Source: Candidatus Babelota bacterium (GTDB lineage: Bacteria > Babelota > Babeliae > Babelales > Vermiphilaceae). From it: 64,000 nt of DNA. The notes beneath the pieces were generated by a model that did not search any database, was not told the DNA's origin, and saw only the letters and a program-made list of their open reading frames with translations. Of this stretch, positions 48,553-58,059 are shown in pieces; positions within the stretch are counted from its first letter, which is position 1, and each line of letters begins with the position of its first letter. Where the stretch lies: the NCBI GenBank assembly GCA_049325595.1, contig JBMOLF010000015.1, forward strand, positions 128,001 through 192,000, in the 5' to 3' direction. Position numbers and translations under genes: made by a program.

Positions 48553-49041
48553 TTATCGCATTAAAAGGGAATGTTTGTTTTTCCACAACCCACATAAGGT
48601 AATAGCTAATGCATCGGTAACATCATATTTATTCGGTTTAATGAGTTTGGGGAAAAGTTGTAAAATTACGCGTGCAACTTGGTCTTTACTTGCACCCCCA
48701 AAACCAGTAAGTGATAATTTTACTTCTCGAGGCGCAAATTCATGTAAGTGAATAGTATATTGATTGGCTAGTAAATAAATAATACCGCGCAAATAACCAA
48801 GTTTTAGAAAATTTTGGGCATTTTTACCCAAGAAAGGAGTTTCTAGTGCTATATCAGTTACCTGATACATTTTTATTTTTTCAGAAAAAAAGTTGTAAAA
48901 AAGACCAACTCGTTCAGACAAATGCTTGGATGGTGGTGTCGCTAAAAAACCGCAGTCTAACAACTGTGATTGGTGTCCATTTTTTTGAATTATTGCAAAC
49001 CCAGCAGCGGTAAACCCTGGGTCGATTCCTAATACTATCAT
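48553..49041 (-). CDS. ruvC: Holliday junction resolvase RuvC
   Basis: LGIDPG, ALE, ASKDQV, DVTDALAI. Confidence 0.95.
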   Translation of the reverse strand: MIVLGIDPGFTAAGFAIIQKNGHQSQLLDCGFLATPPSKHLSERVGLFYNFFSEKIKMYQVTDIALETPFLGKNAQNFLKLGYLRGIIYLLANQYTIHLHEFAPREVKLSLTGFGGASKDQVARVILQLFPKLIKPNKYDVTDALAITLCGLWKNKHSLLMR

Positions 49042-49105
49042 ATGACTTTATGAAGGCGCTCTAAGATGAGCGCCTCGTATTGTTTTATTTTTGTTTTTTC
49101 GTCGG

Positions 49106-50254
49106 TTATTTAAAATATGAAACTATCGAAGATCCCAAATTTGATATGGTTCTTTTAGCTTCATAGCTAGCAGCTTCTAAGATGCCATATTTTTCGTCTT
49201 TTTTTCTGATGCATCTTTCTACTTCATTCATCTGAGTTGTAATGCGAACTAGATTGGCCTCCAGTTGTTTTATGTTACTTTCTATAGATGGTTTGTTTTC
49301 TAGTGTAGTTACCGCTAATTTTTGTTGTTCTGCTTTCAATTGATGCTCAATCTCTTCTTTACACTTTGATACTTCTTTCTTTTTTTCTTCTAACATTGTT
49401 ATGAAAACTGTTTTTCTCTTATCGTAAGCATCAATAAACGCTTTTATTTCATCAATTTTGTTTGTTGAATCTGAAATCGCATTGTCAATAAACTTGATAT
49501 CTTTCTCAGTTTGAGCTTTGATCTCTTTTTGTTTTTTTATTTCAACTTCAATTGGTTTTAATTGTGCAGTTAATGATGCAATTTTTTGCGCTTCTTCAGA
49601 CCAAGAAGCAACTGGCTTTGCGGCCATTGCATTATGTAATTCTGCTAATTGTAATTTAATACCTTCTGCTTGTTGCGTTTTTTCAATTAACAAAGATTCT
49701 GTTTCTTGAGAAACTCGTTGCTTTTGGGCCAACTCTTTTTGTTTTTGCACAAGAAATTGATTGTAATACTCCAAGTCTTTATTATTTAATTTTTTTGCTT
49801 CTTCGCTCGCTGGAATTACATAATAACGAAATTTAATTAAATTAATGTTATACAGATCTTCCTTAGCCTTCAATTCATTATCTAACCTGCTGGTTTCTTT
49901 TTTTTCTTTCTGTGCTTGTTCAATTTGTGTTTTTAATGCTTGAATCTCACTTTTAATTGGCTTAAGATATTTTTGATAAACACCTTCAAAAACCGTATAG
50001 TAATTCGTTAACTTTGATAAATCTTTTTTTTGTTCTTTAGCTATTGTTTCAATCTTACGAAAGGCATCAATTTCACCGTGTGATGGTCTATTAGGCAAAG
50101 AAGTTTTTATCTGACTTAATAATGTATGCAATAAGTCTTGTTGTTGTATCACTACATTATTTGTAGTACTAGCTAAGGTTATGGCTTTTTCATCCATTGC
50201 ATGTGTCAGAAAACTACTCATTAAAGTAAGTAAATAAGCGGACCAATATTTCAT
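49106..50254 (-). CDS. Secreted coiled-coil protein
   Basis: AGGAG SD; signal THA|MD; long K/E/Q heptads. Confidence 0.75.
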   Translation of the reverse strand: MKYWSAYLLTLMSSFLTHAMDEKAITLASTTNNVVIQQQDLLHTLLSQIKTSLPNRPSHGEIDAFRKIETIAKEQKKDLSKLTNYYTVFEGVYQKYLKPIKSEIQALKTQIEQAQKEKKETSRLDNELKAKEDLYNINLIKFRYYVIPASEEAKKLNNKDLEYYNQFLVQKQKELAQKQRVSQETESLLIEKTQQAEGIKLQLAELHNAMAAKPVASWSEEAQKIASLTAQLKPIEVEIKKQKEIKAQTEKDIKFIDNAISDSTNKIDEIKAFIDAYDKRKTVFITMLEEKKKEVSKCKEEIEHQLKAEQQKLAVTTLENKPSIESNIKQLEANLVRITTQMNEVERCIRKKDEKYGILEAASYEAKRTISNLGSSIVSYFK

Positions 50255-50341
50255 TGAATACTCCTTGTAAAATACGATTGTTTTAAATCGTGTCTAACAT
50301 ATAGTACATTTTTATTCAGATGTATAGCTTTTTATTTACTA

Positions 50342-50602
50342 TCATGGTTCGGACATATGAGAAAGCGATTCAACAACATCATAGCAAGAAGTATGTGATA
50401 CACTCTCCGAATCGCAAGGACTGGGCACAAAACAATAATCAAAAGAATGTGCAAGGACTAGCAAAGTATTAAAAGAAATTTTTTTCAAGCCATCAAATAA
50501 ACATGATCTATTGTGATTGGAATTATTTGACAATGAAAACGTATTAATTTCTTGCGCATAGCTATAATAAGCCAACATAAGCAGCAATAAAAAAATTCTC
50601 AC
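50342..50602 (-). CDS. Small secreted hypothetical protein
   Basis: Signal SYA|QE; AAGGA SD. Confidence 0.5.
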   Translation of the reverse strand: MRIFLLLLMLAYYSYAQEINTFSLSNNSNHNRSCLFDGLKKISFNTLLVLAHSFDYCFVPSPCDSESVSHTSCYDVVESLSHMSEP

Positions 50603-50708
50603 TTACTTTCCTTAATATAGTAAAAGATAAGTTTTTGACTTTTTTACTGTAGTTAGACAAAAACAAAACTGCAAGAATATTTTTAATATGTGATAACAGT
50701 ATGCACAG

Positions 50709-52082
50709 TTACAAATGATCTGCGTCTTCAAACTTGGTGAGATCTTTTGCAAAGTGCAAGAATATGGTGCCCGTTGGACCATTACGCTGCTTACCAATAA
50801 TAAGTTCAGCAATTGAAGGATTTTCCGTTTCAGGGTTATAAACTACATCACGATATAAAAACATAATTAAATCGGCATCTTGCTCAATTGCACCTGACTC
50901 TCGCAAATCTGAAAGCAGTGGTCGTTTATCCATACGGCTGTCTACCGCACGTGAAAGCTGAGAAAGAGCGATTATAGGAAGATCAAGTTCTTTTGCCAGC
51001 GCTTTTAATGAACGGGAAATATCTGAAACTTCTTGATGTCGATTTTCATGTTTTTTACTTGAATGCACTAGCTGCAAATAATCTATTACTAAAAATTGTA
51101 GATTATGCTCCGCTTTTAATTTTCTTGCTTTTGCGCGCAAGTCAGTCACACTTACCATCGCCGTATCATCTATAAACAGCTTCATGTTAGCAAGGCGTGC
51201 GGCTACATTAGTAAGCTCAACCCATTCATCTGAGGTTATAGTAGCATTACGAATATTGTGATGAGGTATTCCTGCTTCAGCTGAAAGTAAACGTAAGGTG
51301 AGTTGTTCGGCAGCCATCTCAAGGGAGAAAAAACCTACGGTAACACCACTTGCAGCTGCTTCGAGTGCTAAACTTAAAGCGAGAGCCGTTTTACCCATCG
51401 AAGGTCGCGCAGCTAATACAATTAAATCTCCCTTTTGAAAACCCGATGTCATTATATCAAGTTTTTTATAACCTGAGGCTACGCCCGTTATACCCTTGCT
51501 GTGACTTTTAATTTCAGATAAATGTTGGAAAGTTTTTTTAAGCCAGATATCAAGCTGCACAAAACTTTGACTAGCACGCTTGTTAGAAATCTGAAAGATA
51601 GTTTTTTCAGCAGCATCCAATACACTGTCTATTTCTTGTTCATTTTGATCATAGCAATGTGAAATAATCGACGTTGCAGAGCTAATGAGCTCACGCAAAG
51701 TCGATTTCTCTTTAATAAGCTTTGCATGCTGCTCAACAAGCCCTGCACCTGAAAAATCTTCCGTTAGTGATACCAAATATACCAATCCGCCCGCTGCTTC
51801 AAGTTGATTTTTTTTGGTGAGTTCATCTTGAAGTGTAACTAAATCAATGCGTGATCTTTTTTGGGCAATTTCCAAAATCGTTGCATAAATTACTTGATGT
51901 TGCGAGACATAAAAATCACTAGGCACTAATAATTCGGCTAGTAAACTTAATGTTTCGTCATTCAGTAATACAGCACCCAGAACCGCTTTTTCTGCTTGTA
52001 TATTAGCAGGCAATGTTCTGCCGAGTAATTTTTGTGCATCGATTGGTTTTGGTGTTAAAACACGTTTTTCAGGTTGTTGCAT
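50709..52082 (-). CDS. dnaB: Replicative DNA helicase
   Basis: AARPSMGKT, FSLEM, IDYLQL, SDLRESGAIEQDAD, KQRNGP. Confidence 0.98.
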   Translation of the reverse strand: MQQPEKRVLTPKPIDAQKLLGRTLPANIQAEKAVLGAVLLNDETLSLLAELLVPSDFYVSQHQVIYATILEIAQKRSRIDLVTLQDELTKKNQLEAAGGLVYLVSLTEDFSGAGLVEQHAKLIKEKSTLRELISSATSIISHCYDQNEQEIDSVLDAAEKTIFQISNKRASQSFVQLDIWLKKTFQHLSEIKSHSKGITGVASGYKKLDIMTSGFQKGDLIVLAARPSMGKTALALSLALEAAASGVTVGFFSLEMAAEQLTLRLLSAEAGIPHHNIRNATITSDEWVELTNVAARLANMKLFIDDTAMVSVTDLRAKARKLKAEHNLQFLVIDYLQLVHSSKKHENRHQEVSDISRSLKALAKELDLPIIALSQLSRAVDSRMDKRPLLSDLRESGAIEQDADLIMFLYRDVVYNPETENPSIAELIIGKQRNGPTGTIFLHFAKDLTKFEDADHL

Positions 52083-52102
52083 AATTGTGTACTATTTGAT
52101 TA

Positions 52103-52555
52103 TTAACGTGTTTGTTCGGGTACAACATTAAGTATTAACGTAGGTTTTAAACGCGATGAAAGCTTAATAGTAATTTCATGCTTACCTTGCGTTTTAATAG
52201 ATTTGTCAAATTCTACTTGATTTTTTGAGATAATAATTTTCTTTTTAGCAAGTAGATCAACAATTTCATTAGCGCTTACTTTACCGTATAATTCACCATT
52301 ATCATGAATTTTTCGTGGTAAAGTTAATTCGGTTGATTTAATTTTTTCAGCAAGCTCAGAGGTTTTTGTTTCTATTTCTTCATTGCGCTGTTCAATTTGC
52401 TTAATACGTTTTTTAAAAAAAAATTCATTATCAGCAGTTATTTCTACTGCTAGTTTGCGAGGGAATAGAAAATTTTTTGCATAGCCATCGCTTACATTTT
52501 TAATATCGCCTGATTTGCCAACGTTTTCAACGTCTTTCAATAAAAAAACTTTCAC
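52103..52555 (-). CDS. rplI: 50S ribosomal protein L9
   Basis: (M)[23 protein letters not shown] start chosen. Confidence 0.95.
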   Translation of the reverse strand: MKVFLLKDVENVGKSGDIKNVSDGYAKNFLFPRKLAVEITADNEFFFKKRIKQIEQRNEEIETKTSELAEKIKSTELTLPRKIHDNGELYGKVSANEIVDLLAKKKIIISKNQVEFDKSIKTQGKHEITIKLSSRLKPTLILNVVPEQTR

Positions 52556-52730
52556 CAGTTGCCCTTTCTCTTTGTGAATAGACAATGTTAATTAGCATTA
52601 AGTGTAGTTAATATTTGGAATTTTGAAAATAGGAACGTACAAATTAGTTTCCTTATAAGATATAAGTAAATAGCCTTTTGTAAATTGGCTTTATACTGAA
52701 TGATTTCAATATCATCAAACATCACCTAAT

Positions 52731-52761
52731 AATATTTTCATAATAGATTCGTTATGCGACG
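52731..52761 (-). other. dif-like/protein-binding motif, copy B
   Basis: Minus strand CGTCGCATAACGAATCTATTATGAAAATATT (CATAA-N8-TTATG). Confidence 0.4.
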
Positions 52762-52782
52762 ACATGGGTTAAAATAAATTAC

Positions 52783-53211
52783 TCATAGCTTAATTGGTTT
52801 TGCCAAAATTTTGTCATTATCTTTTAAAAGTTCATAGTGTATTTTTTGATAAGTGGTAGCCGTTAGATAAGTTAAACAACAGCTAACTCGCTCATTCTTT
52901 TGCTCGATAGCAAGATTTAGCTTTCCACTTGGTAAATTATAGCGCTCTAATTTTTCTATGCTCAAATGATATTCTTTCGATGGCCAGTTTTTATTCTTTA
53001 GCAGCAATTTAATAACATTTACTGCCATTTCTTTTAACGTATGTTTAATTTTTTGATTTGTGTATTGGTTATAAGCATTTTGATGCATCAATGTTAAACA
53101 TGCCATGTAATAACTACCCAGTGTTGTTAAAAAACTCAGTATCAGTATTATCATAAGCAAAGCATTACCCTGTTTAGGCCGTGGGCACCATTTCATGCAC
53201 ATACCATCCAT
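52783..53211 (-). CDS. PilX/GspK-like minor pilin
   Basis: QG|NALLMIILIL prepilin-like leader lacking Glu5. Confidence 0.5.
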   Translation of the reverse strand: MDGMCMKWCPRPKQGNALLMIILILSFLTTLGSYYMACLTLMHQNAYNQYTNQKIKHTLKEMAVNVIKLLLKNKNWPSKEYHLSIEKLERYNLPSGKLNLAIEQKNERVSCCLTYLTATTYQKIHYELLKDNDKILAKPIKL

Positions 53212-53677
53212 TTTTTAAATTCCAGACAAATTTTTTTGGATTATTTACAAAATAAAGCTCGATCATAATGGTATTTTTTTTGTTACTCACAAGAGCACAG
53301 CAAAAACTTTTTATATTATTTGCAACTAAGGCCGTGTTGCACGCATTATCTTGTATCATTGTATATTTTCTATATAATGCATTACCTTTTTGAAACCATG
53401 TTATAAAGGCTTTCTCATCATTCAAATACAATTTACCATCATCAATTTTCATGCTTGCTGGATTTGCATAAAAATAATCGGTTGCTAAAAGATCATATAC
53501 GGTATTTGCTTGGCGCGCACAATGACACTCGTAATATCGATTTTTAAGTTTGTACTGGATAGCAAAAACGGCCTGCAAACAAAAACCAACAAGAACAACG
53601 CTTAGAGTACTATAAATCAGAAATTCAAATAGCGTAAATCCCTGCGCACGCTGATTTATCAACAAGCTTCTTGCCAT
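53174..53677 (-). CDS. Prepilin-type N-terminal cleavage domain protein
   Basis: QG|FTLFE followed by hydrophobic helix. Confidence 0.75.
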   Translation of the reverse strand: MARSLLINQRAQGFTLFEFLIYSTLSVVLVGFCLQAVFAIQYKLKNRYYECHCARQANTVYDLLATDYFYANPASMKIDDGKLYLNDEKAFITWFQKGNALYRKYTMIQDNACNTALVANNIKSFCCALVSNKKNTIMIELYFVNNPKKFVWNLKNGWYVHEMVPTA

Positions 53678-53907
53678 ACCGCCTGCATCTTAGTTTTTAA
53701 TTCTGATTTAAGTTTTTTATTTTTTGATTCCGCGACGAATAATGCATCGTAAAGTATAATTGTTTTTTGGCAGTGATTCACGACATATATTGTTAATTGC
53801 CATGCCACTGTCATTAGTATCATGAGCACAAACAATACATAACCAATTTCTATTAATAGAAAACCGTGTTCTGCTCTTTTTTTATACACAATATTAAATT
53901 CCTGCAA
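53659..53907 (-). CDS. Prepilin-type minor pilin
   Basis: HG|FLLIE followed by hydrophobic helix; start uncertain. Confidence 0.6.
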   Translation of the reverse strand: MQEFNIVYKKRAEHGFLLIEIGYVLFVLMILMTVAWQLTIYVVNHCQKTIILYDALFVAESKNKKLKSELKTKMQAVWQEAC

Positions 53908-53998
53908 AAATGCTTAATTGCCCTATTTCTTTAATTTAGAAAAATTTTAGTGTAATCTGTTTGATAACTTCAATATCTTAGCACAAGAAAAGGATCAT

Positions 53999-55675
53999 AT
54001 GTTACCTAAGAGCCTTTTAAAATCACTACAAATCTTTGTACTTTTAATCGGATTATCAATTAATGTTGTTAGTAATTTGCATGCAGCTCAACCTGGATTG
54101 CCTGCTAATAGCAAAGGAATGGCATTAAGCCAAGAAGATATAAAAATGCTCAATGAAGTTGAACAAGAAATCAACAAATTTGTGGCTACCCTTTCGCCCG
54201 AGGAACAACAAGCTTTTTGGAAAGATGTTGATGAGCTTACTAAAGTAATGAGCACCATGAGTGAAGATGAACTAGTTAAATTCATGGAAGATGTTTTCCA
54301 AGAGCAAGCGCCAGCACCTACGCCACCCGTTGTTGCTCCTCCTGCACCAGCACCAGTTGAAAAACCAGTTATTGAAGAACCTAAACCAATTAAACCTGAA
54401 ATGCTTAAAGCCCAAGAAAGAGCACTGATATTAATTGATTCACTTATAACTAAAATAAATAATTTTATTGGTAAAACACAACTTATTCCTGATCTTTCAA
54501 CCAACATTAAAAATTGGGCACAAGGAAAAAAATTAAAAAATTGGCCTTCCAATACCAGTTGGTCACAATTTAAATCGCAAATTGAAGAACTAGAAGTAAA
54601 ACTAAACCGCCTTAAAGAGCGTAATCCAAAAACTAATCAGTATCGTCACCTTGATGAGTTTATTAAAAATGAAGCTTTATATAATAATTTAAGTAAATTA
54701 AATTCAGTTCTGTCAGCTCATGAGCCTAAAATTGAATTGCCTTCTTTTGTTCTTGAAAAAATGTCTGAAGATGCCAAAACAGCATTAAGAACCGTAATTG
54801 ATTCTCTTGTTGAAGCGGTAACGATATTACAAATTCCTACAGATATTGAGGCAGTATTTGAAAAATACGAGCCAATAGCCAAAACCATTAAAGAACAAGA
54901 AGAAGCCGCAAAAAAACGAGCCGCGGAAGCTCCCGGGGTTAAAGCAGGACCAACCATTGTTGGTGGACGCAAGCAAGAACCGGTAGATCGTTTTAAGCCT
55001 GAGTATTTACCCGAGCCATATTTTCCACCTTATCAACCAGATTTTTTCCCTTCTGAACCTGCGCGTGAACCAAAAAGAGCTGAAGAAAAGGCCGGCGAAA
55101 AAGAAACAAAACAGCCAGAAGCTCCTGCTAAAAAAGAAGACGAAAAGAAAGAGGAAAAAAAAGCTGAGCTCGATAAAGTTGCTGAAAGTCATATCACCAC
55201 CACTGATGCGCAATTAACTAACATTGCCGGCATCGTGGATGATTTCCGTCAGCTAAAAAATCTCAAAGATTTCTTATATGGCTCAGAGCCAGTAAGTAAA
55301 GAACTTATCACTGAAGGTATTGCTGGGCTTAATAAAGCAGCGCGCGATGGTCGCAATGCCCTACGCTCACTTAAATTGCGTATGAGCAAACTCAATGATA
55401 AAGAAAAAGAAGAAGTAAAACTTTTGATTAAGAATATATCAAAAGAATATGGCGACACGCTCAACAGATTATCTGCTCAAATAGAAGATGCACGATTAAG
55501 CATGGGCGGTTTTTCACCTGAAAAACAATGGGCTTTCTTTGGCATTGAACCTTCAGATACTCAAAGACAACATGTCGATGATTTCAAGAAAAATACCGGT
55601 ATTTCAACACCAGTAAATCTTTTAGATCTTAAATCACGTATTGATGAGCTTAAAAAAGCTCTTGATGCAATATAA
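53999..55675 (+). CDS. Large secreted helical protein with Pro-rich linkers
   Basis: Signal peptide; APAPTPPVVAPPAP and PEPYFPP segments. Confidence 0.78.
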   Translation: MLPKSLLKSLQIFVLLIGLSINVVSNLHAAQPGLPANSKGMALSQEDIKMLNEVEQEINKFVATLSPEEQQAFWKDVDELTKVMSTMSEDELVKFMEDVFQEQAPAPTPPVVAPPAPAPVEKPVIEEPKPIKPEMLKAQERALILIDSLITKINNFIGKTQLIPDLSTNIKNWAQGKKLKNWPSNTSWSQFKSQIEELEVKLNRLKERNPKTNQYRHLDEFIKNEALYNNLSKLNSVLSAHEPKIELPSFVLEKMSEDAKTALRTVIDSLVEAVTILQIPTDIEAVFEKYEPIAKTIKEQEEAAKKRAAEAPGVKAGPTIVGGRKQEPVDRFKPEYLPEPYFPPYQPDFFPSEPAREPKRAEEKAGEKETKQPEAPAKKEDEKKEEKKAELDKVAESHITTTDAQLTNIAGIVDDFRQLKNLKDFLYGSEPVSKELITEGIAGLNKAARDGRNALRSLKLRMSKLNDKEKEEVKLLIKNISKEYGDTLNRLSAQIEDARLSMGGFSPEKQWAFFGIEPSDTQRQHVDDFKKNTGISTPVNLLDLKSRIDELKKALDAI

Positions 55676-55765
55676 TAGATCAGCTACAATTTTATCCAAT
55701 TTAAAAGAAGCAGCATTCAAGCTGCTTCTTTTGCATATAAAAATCACATTTATGCAGGAGAAAAC

Positions 55766-56059
55766 GTGATTAAAAAATTTTTAATTCTTTTATTTAGTTT
55801 ATATGGCATTTCGTTTGCTAGTGAATTATCTGAAATACAAAAAATCAAAACAAAAAATCTCACTGAATTGAAAAAAATAGAAAAACTAATAACTGACCAA
55901 ATGAATAAATGTTACGATGATCTTTTTTGGGCAATTATTAGAGGTGAAATAACCGGAATGTCTGTATTTGGCGCAGATGAACATTGTAAAAAGCAATATA
56001 AGAAAATTTTGGAGCGCGTCCAAAAAACAATAAAAAAATGTGAGAAATCAAATCAATAG
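55766..56059 (+). CDS. Small secreted hypothetical protein
   Basis: AGGAG SD; signal SFA|SE. Confidence 0.65.
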   Translation: MIKKFLILLFSLYGISFASELSEIQKIKTKNLTELKKIEKLITDQMNKCYDDLFWAIIRGEITGMSVFGADEHCKKQYKKILERVQKTIKKCEKSNQ

Positions 56060-56066
56060 GAGTTTT

Positions 56067-56447
56067 ATGTATAAAAAAATAATAATTGCACTGCTATTTT
56101 CTACAGGATTATCAATCAATGCTCATGAGTACTATAATCCTCGCAAAAGCCCTATCGTGATTATCGAAAATCATGATGATGATCATAATCAACACCACCA
56201 CCATCATCATAAACATAAAAATAATGCACAAGCAGCAGTACATGGATTTGCAACTTCTTGTACAACAAATCTACTTGGTTATGCTATTACAAAAGATGCA
56301 ATAAAAAGTAGCTTGCTTGCAGGCTCTTCTGATTTGGCATTAGGTCTTTTACATAAAAAATATTATAAAAATAGCGCTTATTGGGTTGGCGCAGGAATCG
56401 GTTGGGTGACAAGCATGGCATTAATAGGATACCTCACCTCAAAATAA
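56067..56447 (+). CDS. Secreted/membrane His-rich protein
   Basis: AGGAG SD before ATG 56067; HDDDHNQHHHHHHKHK. Confidence 0.65.
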   Translation: MYKKIIIALLFSTGLSINAHEYYNPRKSPIVIIENHDDDHNQHHHHHHKHKNNAQAAVHGFATSCTTNLLGYAITKDAIKSSLLAGSSDLALGLLHKKYYKNSAYWVGAGIGWVTSMALIGYLTSK

Positions 56448-56626
56448 TCTGTTTTTAAATCATAAAATTCAGGCGCAATAAAGTTGCGCCTTTTTTAGTT
56501 AAAAAAAATTAACTCATTTTAATAACTTATCATGTAAGAATTTATTTTTTGTCCAAATAGCATATTTTTGATACACTCCAAAAAGTAGTTATACCTATTT
56601 TACAACCTTTTTACTGTGTATTTATT

Positions 56627-57805
56627 ATGAAAAAATCTCGTAACTGTTTTGTCATATATAGTTTTGTTTTTTTCTTTTCTTCTACTGTATTTTTAGCTAT
56701 GGAAAAAAATAATAAACCTACTATTCCAGAAGAAAGAAGTTTAGATTTTTTTAAAACAAAAACTCATGAAAATCGACTTGTACAATTAGGAGCCAGAGTT
56801 CTTTGGAAAATACGAGAAGATAAATATATAGCAAAAGATTTAGATAACCAATTAGCTGATTTATCAAAAGCGTATTATGCAATCTATAATGCAGCATCTC
56901 AAAAAATAGGATTTTTGTTTAACAAAGGAAGCATAAAACTTGTTGGCCAAAAAAACTTTAAGGTATATGAAACGTTTGGTACTTATGCTTTATTAGCAAA
57001 TCCGAAATTAACTGGTACTAATGCCGATTGGCGTAATTTAGTTACTTTTAATAAACGCGCTGATTCACGCGCATCAACTCATTTTTATTCACCTGAATAT
57101 ACACAATATGGTATTAATTTAGAATTTGATAATAGTTTTGCCGCAGAACTAAACAAATTTCCCAACGACCATCAACATTTATTATTTGGCGTGGTAAGCA
57201 AGGAAAAAGATACTTTCTTCTTTAAACCAGAAGAACATGGCACTCATTATACGGAAACACCTGCTCACGCACTTGGATTAGGCAAATCATTTACTCGAAA
57301 ACATATTTTACCTATTTTTGAAAAAATAATTCCTTCTTTTGCTCCAGTAGTTGAATCTTTTACCGGAAAAGAACATGACCCCTTATCACGCAGAGAGACA
57401 GTTAATCCAGAATGGATTAAAGAATATAACAACATTATTAATAATTCTTATATGAATGATGAAGCTAAAAATCAACACATTGCCTTATTTAAAAAAGAAG
57501 GTATTCAATTTGTAACGCAACAATTAGATCATTGTTCAAAAACTTTTAATGCGCTTATACAGAATCCTAAAATAAAAGAATACACACCACAAGAACATAC
57601 CTTGACTAATGAGCAAATCATAGCATACCATGCGGGAATGCCTCATTATCCGTGGGAACAATTAATGGTTTTTGTCGGTAAAATTGGTAAAAAGAATGAT
57701 AATATTCTTTTCAGACAAGGAGAAGAAGTCATTTTAACCGATAAAGATTTAGATAAATATTTAAAAGAAACAGACATATATATGTCAGAGTTATACAAGG
57801 ATTAA
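56627..57805 (+). CDS. Secreted hypothetical protein, RASTHF family paralogue 1
   Basis: Signal FLA|ME; motifs shared with 58060-59316. Confidence 0.78.
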   Translation: MKKSRNCFVIYSFVFFFSSTVFLAMEKNNKPTIPEERSLDFFKTKTHENRLVQLGARVLWKIREDKYIAKDLDNQLADLSKAYYAIYNAASQKIGFLFNKGSIKLVGQKNFKVYETFGTYALLANPKLTGTNADWRNLVTFNKRADSRASTHFYSPEYTQYGINLEFDNSFAAELNKFPNDHQHLLFGVVSKEKDTFFFKPEEHGTHYTETPAHALGLGKSFTRKHILPIFEKIIPSFAPVVESFTGKEHDPLSRRETVNPEWIKEYNNIINNSYMNDEAKNQHIALFKKEGIQFVTQQLDHCSKTFNALIQNPKIKEYTPQEHTLTNEQIIAYHAGMPHYPWEQLMVFVGKIGKKNDNILFRQGEEVILTDKDLDKYLKETDIYMSELYKD

Positions 57806-58059
57806 AAATAAATTGAATTGCATGCTTTCACTTGCCCAGGATAATTATTCTGGGCTTTTTTATTTTTAGATGCAAATTCTTTTTCTTTCCTTGTTCTTGC
57901 TTTCTAGAGAATTTACATAAATTAATGAGTTATCAGACCTCAATGTCGAAAAGAAAACTAATTAATTGCCCCCCTTCTTAACATATTTTCTATTTGAAAT
58001 TTAATTAATTTCATGTTATTCTATAATAATATAGATTGATATAGAAAGGGAGGCATTTT

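Noticed and set aside
54088..55464. Antisense ORFs within 53999-55675 (likewise 58848-59387 and those within dnaK, recA and ileS)
   Set aside because: Fully overlap well-supported genes; no independent signals
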